Part shown: positions 60,908 through 64,000 of the stretch, piece after piece
How the letters are laid out: each line of letters starts with the position of its first letter
How positions within the stretch are numbered: the stretch's first letter is position 1
DNA from: Setoptus koraiensis
Lineage: Eukaryota; Animalia; Arthropoda
NCBI GenBank assembly: GCA_048013815.1
Contig: CM106585.1
Coordinates: 2,914,001 to 2,978,000 of the forward strand
Direction: 5' to 3'
Length of the DNA: 64,000 nt
The notes under the pieces: model-generated
What the model was told of the DNA's origin: nothing
The model's input: only the letters and a program-made list of their open reading frames with translations
The model's database searches: none
Made by a program: the position numbers and the translations under genes

Positions 60908-63900
60908 TCACAGTCTTGAGACACTTTCTTGTTGGTGATCGCCACTACAAATCGATTCTACACTTCTAGTGGTTGTATTAGTTTGCGTTGATAGGTGGTC
61001 ACATGAGCATAATTTGCCAGAATTCGATGATGGCGATTGATCCTGAGACAAATACGAATGTTGGTGGTTAGATTCGTCATTCATACATGTGGTTGCGATT
61101 GTGTTGTTAATCACCAACTGTTTGTTGCCCGAATCATCGTTCAATTGTTGTAGTCTAAGTTGCTGTTGTTGTTGCGGAGCTGGGTTATTTGTTGTTGATT
61201 GTGATGAAAAGGAAAATGAGGCATAGGAAGTGGATAATGAGGTCGCTTGATGACTTGTGCTACTGCAATTACACAATTGATTGTGTGGCGCTACCAACTG
61301 ATGGCCCTGTTGTTGTTGCTGGCTATTGATAGCCTCTACTAGGGAGTTCGGAATTAATTGTTCCGGTTGTGGTTGCGGTTGAGATCCGTATTTTTTGTAG
61401 GTAACATTATTGAAATTTTCATGTGACAATTCCTCTTGGTCTGATATACTGTCTTGTTTGCTATTCGCTATATTGTTGGCCCTCAAATGATCCGATGTAG
61501 TGGTTGTTACATCGTTTTCAAAGTTTGTTTGCTTTTTATCGTCGCTCGAACTCGGTATCGGTCCGCTTGATGGGGCCACCAGAAGAGGTCGCTCACTATT
61601 AAATCTTTTTGCATTCTTGATAGCTCGCCTCAAACAACTAGGACAATTTTCCGTCATATAGCGATTGTAATTAGTGTTTCGCCCTTCGCCTTGTTGTTGT
61701 TGCTGCTGGTTGCCATTGTAACGATGAGAACATTGACCGTGCATACTCAATGTGTATCTGAACCAATCACTGGCATTGCTGGCGAGACCTTGCATCCTTC
61801 TAATAGTGGGGTGTCTCATTAAAAAGTTGGCCGCCGGATAAAATTGATTGAATCCAATCAGTGTAGAGGATTGGTTATTATTAGCAAATACTGGCACTGG
61901 TCTAGGCACAGGCACTAAGGCAGAGGATATTGATCTTTTAATTGGTGGCTTGTTCTTGTCTCTGGTTTGCGTTTGATTTGTTGTTTGTCCAGACGGAGAA
62001 AGACAATTCACTGGTATGCCATTCCATTTAGTTTGAAACATAGGGCCGCCCGGATTCATCATGGCTAAAACTTTTCTAGGATCTATGTGACGATGCCTCT
62101 GTGTAGGATTGACAAGACCAGCCTGAAATAGTGCGGCCGTTTTAGAGATTTGCTCCTGTTCACTTTTATCCATTTTATACTTGAAGACAAAAATGACTAT
62201 TATAATCATCGACATGATGGCGATTACTCCAGTTACAACGCCCACTATTATCATATCTATTTCGGTCAACCAGTTACTAGGTATCCGCGCCATAGAGCTA
62301 CCAGAGGCAACAAGCTTTGTTGTCGTTGATCTCTGTTGTATCGATTTACTTGAAGGAGAACGGGAGAACGAAGTCAAAATGAGGTGATCGTCTAGGAAAT
62401 TCATATAAGTTTGCCCATTATCCTCACTCTTCAATAAAATATTTTCTTGTTCTTTTTGTTGTGTGGCACAAATGAGATCACTATAGCTGATATCCAGAAG
62501 GCGTTTGTCGCGACTCTTGAAAGGAAAATGACATCTAAGATCTTTTGTTTGTAGAACAATCACATTGTTGAGCTTGTTTCGCTGATGTCCATAATATAGA
62601 TTGGCATCAGCCGTGGCCAGTGAATGATGACGGCCAGCTAATTGCTCATTGTTGTCAATAATGTTGTAATCTTGTTGCTGGTGGGGATGCTGACGGTCGA
62701 CAGGCAACAACAGATTATTATATCGGCTGTCGATTAATGTTATCGAATCGTTTAGCCAGTTCCAGAATGGTCGCATGTTGCAATCACAGTTGATCGGGTT
62801 TTGGCCCAATTCAACAGAGGAAATCCTGAGCAAATCTTGATCCAGCTTATTTGATTGAATTGTTGTAATTAAATTGTGTTCTACATTTAAATCTATGATA
62901 CTGCTCTTTGGTAGGTAGTGCGCCAATTGTCGAAGTGGTATCTGTGACAATGATGTGAACGTTATTGTCAACTTGAATCCATTAGTAGCCGTTAGTCCCT
63001 GGAATGCTCCTCCTTTAATTTCCATCAAACTCTGTCCAGTCAACGTCAGGCGATTCAATTTGGGTGATGCCAATCCCGATAAAACTAGCTGATTGTTTAA
63101 TTCTACTGCATTGTTTCTGGTAAAAGTGGAGGAATTATCATCATTAGATTTACCCGAAAGATTTGCGGGTATTTGTAGATCGTAAACTTCTAAATGAACA
63201 TCAGCTAATTGGTGTTTTATGGTGTGGATTTGACCCTCTACTTGCGATTGGTAACAGTCAGAGGCCAACAAAGATAGAGGTATCTTTTGTTGTAGCTGTC
63301 GCTTACGGCTGGCTAGACTTGCTGTCACTAGACTAGGATAATTGAACATACTGATGGATTTTAATTGTTTCAAATTAGACAAAAACCTGCAATCCAATTG
63401 TGCCAACATTAATAAATTGTTTAATTTGAGCGATTGAAGCTGTTGCAGGGGTGCAAAGTCGAGCTCGTCAATTTGACTCCAATGATTATCGCTGAGATAC
63501 AAATTCTCCATTGTTGTACCAATACTGGCCCATAGACTGTTGTATAAATGTAGCCTTGTTAATAGATTGTTGCTGAGGTCTAGTTCTCGCAATCGGTGTA
63601 TTTTATCAAAGGCTCTTGGTGCAATCCACTGCAAATTATTTGACGACAAATTGAGACTAATTAAATAGGGAGCCTCGATGGGAGTGGTGATAGAATAAAC
63701 GTCAATTGGTTCCTGAGGTTTACTGATACCCTTGCTTCTAGTGCTGTTTCGTAACTGTTTTGATTGTTGATTTGAAACTTGTTGCAGCCTGGACAAATAA
63801 GTTGCAAAGTTGCGTGTAGAGGCCAGATTCAAATAACGGACACTCTTTGATTCTCCAATAAGTAGATTGTTTGACTCCACATTAAAGGGATTGTGGGCCA

Positions 63901-64000
63901 CGTTCAATTGCTTGATATTGATCAGTATATTAGTGTTCGGTGGCAAACGTTGCATTCTGTTGTGGCTGATATCGACATTTTCCAATGATGAATAATGATT
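60908..64000 (-). CDS. Leucine-rich-repeat single-pass transmembrane protein (5' part outside window)
   Basis: LxxLxLxxNxL repeats, LRR C-terminal cap NPINCDCNMRPFWNW...LRCHFP, TM segment IIVGVVTGVIAIMSMIIIVIFVFKYK and a Q/N/S-rich tail. The frame stays open from 63985 to the window end. Confidence 0.9.
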   Translation of the reverse strand, partial: NHYSSLENVDISHNRMQRLPPNTNILINIKQLNVAHNPFNVESNNLLIGESKSVRYLNLASTRNFATYLSRLQQVSNQQSKQLRNSTRSKGISKPQEPIDVYSITTPIEAPYLISLNLSSNNLQWIAPRAFDKIHRLRELDLSNNLLTRLHLYNSLWASIGTTMENLYLSDNHWSQIDELDFAPLQQLQSLKLNNLLMLAQLDCRFLSNLKQLKSISMFNYPSLVTASLASRKRQLQQKIPLSLLASDCYQSQVEGQIHTIKHQLADVHLEVYDLQIPANLSGKSNDDNSSTFTRNNAVELNNQLVLSGLASPKLNRLTLTGQSLMEIKGGAFQGLTATNGFKLTITFTSLSQIPLRQLAHYLPKSSIIDLNVEHNLITTIQSNKLDQDLLRISSVELGQNPINCDCNMRPFWNWLNDSITLIDSRYNNLLLPVDRQHPHQQQDYNIIDNNEQLAGRHHSLATADANLYYGHQRNKLNNVIVLQTKDLRCHFPFKSRDKRLLDISYSDLICATQQKEQENILLKSEDNGQTYMNFLDDHLILTSFSRSPSSKSIQQRSTTTKLVASGSSMARIPSNWLTEIDMIIVGVVTGVIAIMSMIIIVIFVFKYKMDKSEQEQISKTAALFQAGLVNPTQRHRHIDPRKVLAMMNPGGPMFQTKWNGIPVNCLSPSGQTTNQTQTRDKNKPPIKRSISSALVPVPRPVPVFANNNQSSTLIGFNQFYPAANFLMRHPTIRRMQGLASNASDWFRYTLSMHGQCSHRYNGNQQQQQQGEGRNTNYNRYMTENCPSCLRRAIKNAKRFNSERPLLVAPSSGPIPSSSDDKKQTNFENDVTTTTSDHLRANNIANSKQDSISDQEELSHENFNNVTYKKYGSQPQPQPEQLIPNSLVEAINSQQQQQGHQLVAPHNQLCNCSSTSHQATSLSTSYASFSFSSQSTTNNPAPQQQQQLRLQQLNDDSGNKQLVINNTIATTCMNDESNHQHSYLSQDQSPSSNSGKLCSCDHLSTQTNTTTRSVESICSGDHQQESVSRL

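Noticed and set aside
1-64000. tRNA, rRNA, snRNA genes and telomeric arrays
   Set aside because: No T-arm GGTTCGA(A/T)TCC context, rRNA or snRNA signature, or TTAGG array was seen by eye; a tRNAscan/Infernal run would be definitive.

Overview
Eukaryotic (arthropod, probably a compact-genome acariform mite; inference) genomic DNA. Most short ORFs in the supplied track are spurious products of microsatellite-rich, GC/CpG-rich non-coding stretches (about 0.7-17 kb and 26-36 kb). Eight protein-coding genes are supported: the spliced 3' end of a gustatory receptor (missed by the ORF track), a divergent Na+/K+-ATPase alpha subunit, a divergent SoxE-like HMG factor, SPOP, an intronless CYP3-clan P450, intronless WDR11, intronless PSMC3/Rpt5, and a 5'-truncated LRR transmembrane protein. 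Positions 48.5-60.7 kb form a mobile-element island. Two 679-bp inverted repeats enclose about 9.8 kb containing four co-oriented Helentron-like non-autonomous elements (HINE/DINE-1 architecture), gypsy integrase and env-like relics, a copia RT relic, two foldback units and repeated hairpin-rich blocks with cGNAg triloops. A TA-flanked MITE follows the island. The two most interesting signals are (1) the Na/K pump, which has lost two Na+ site III ligands (T774A and D926V, pig numbering) while keeping the other ion-site residues checked, and (2) the modular rolling-circle-like element family and its hairpin grammar. All alignments and identities were done by eye; no searches were run.
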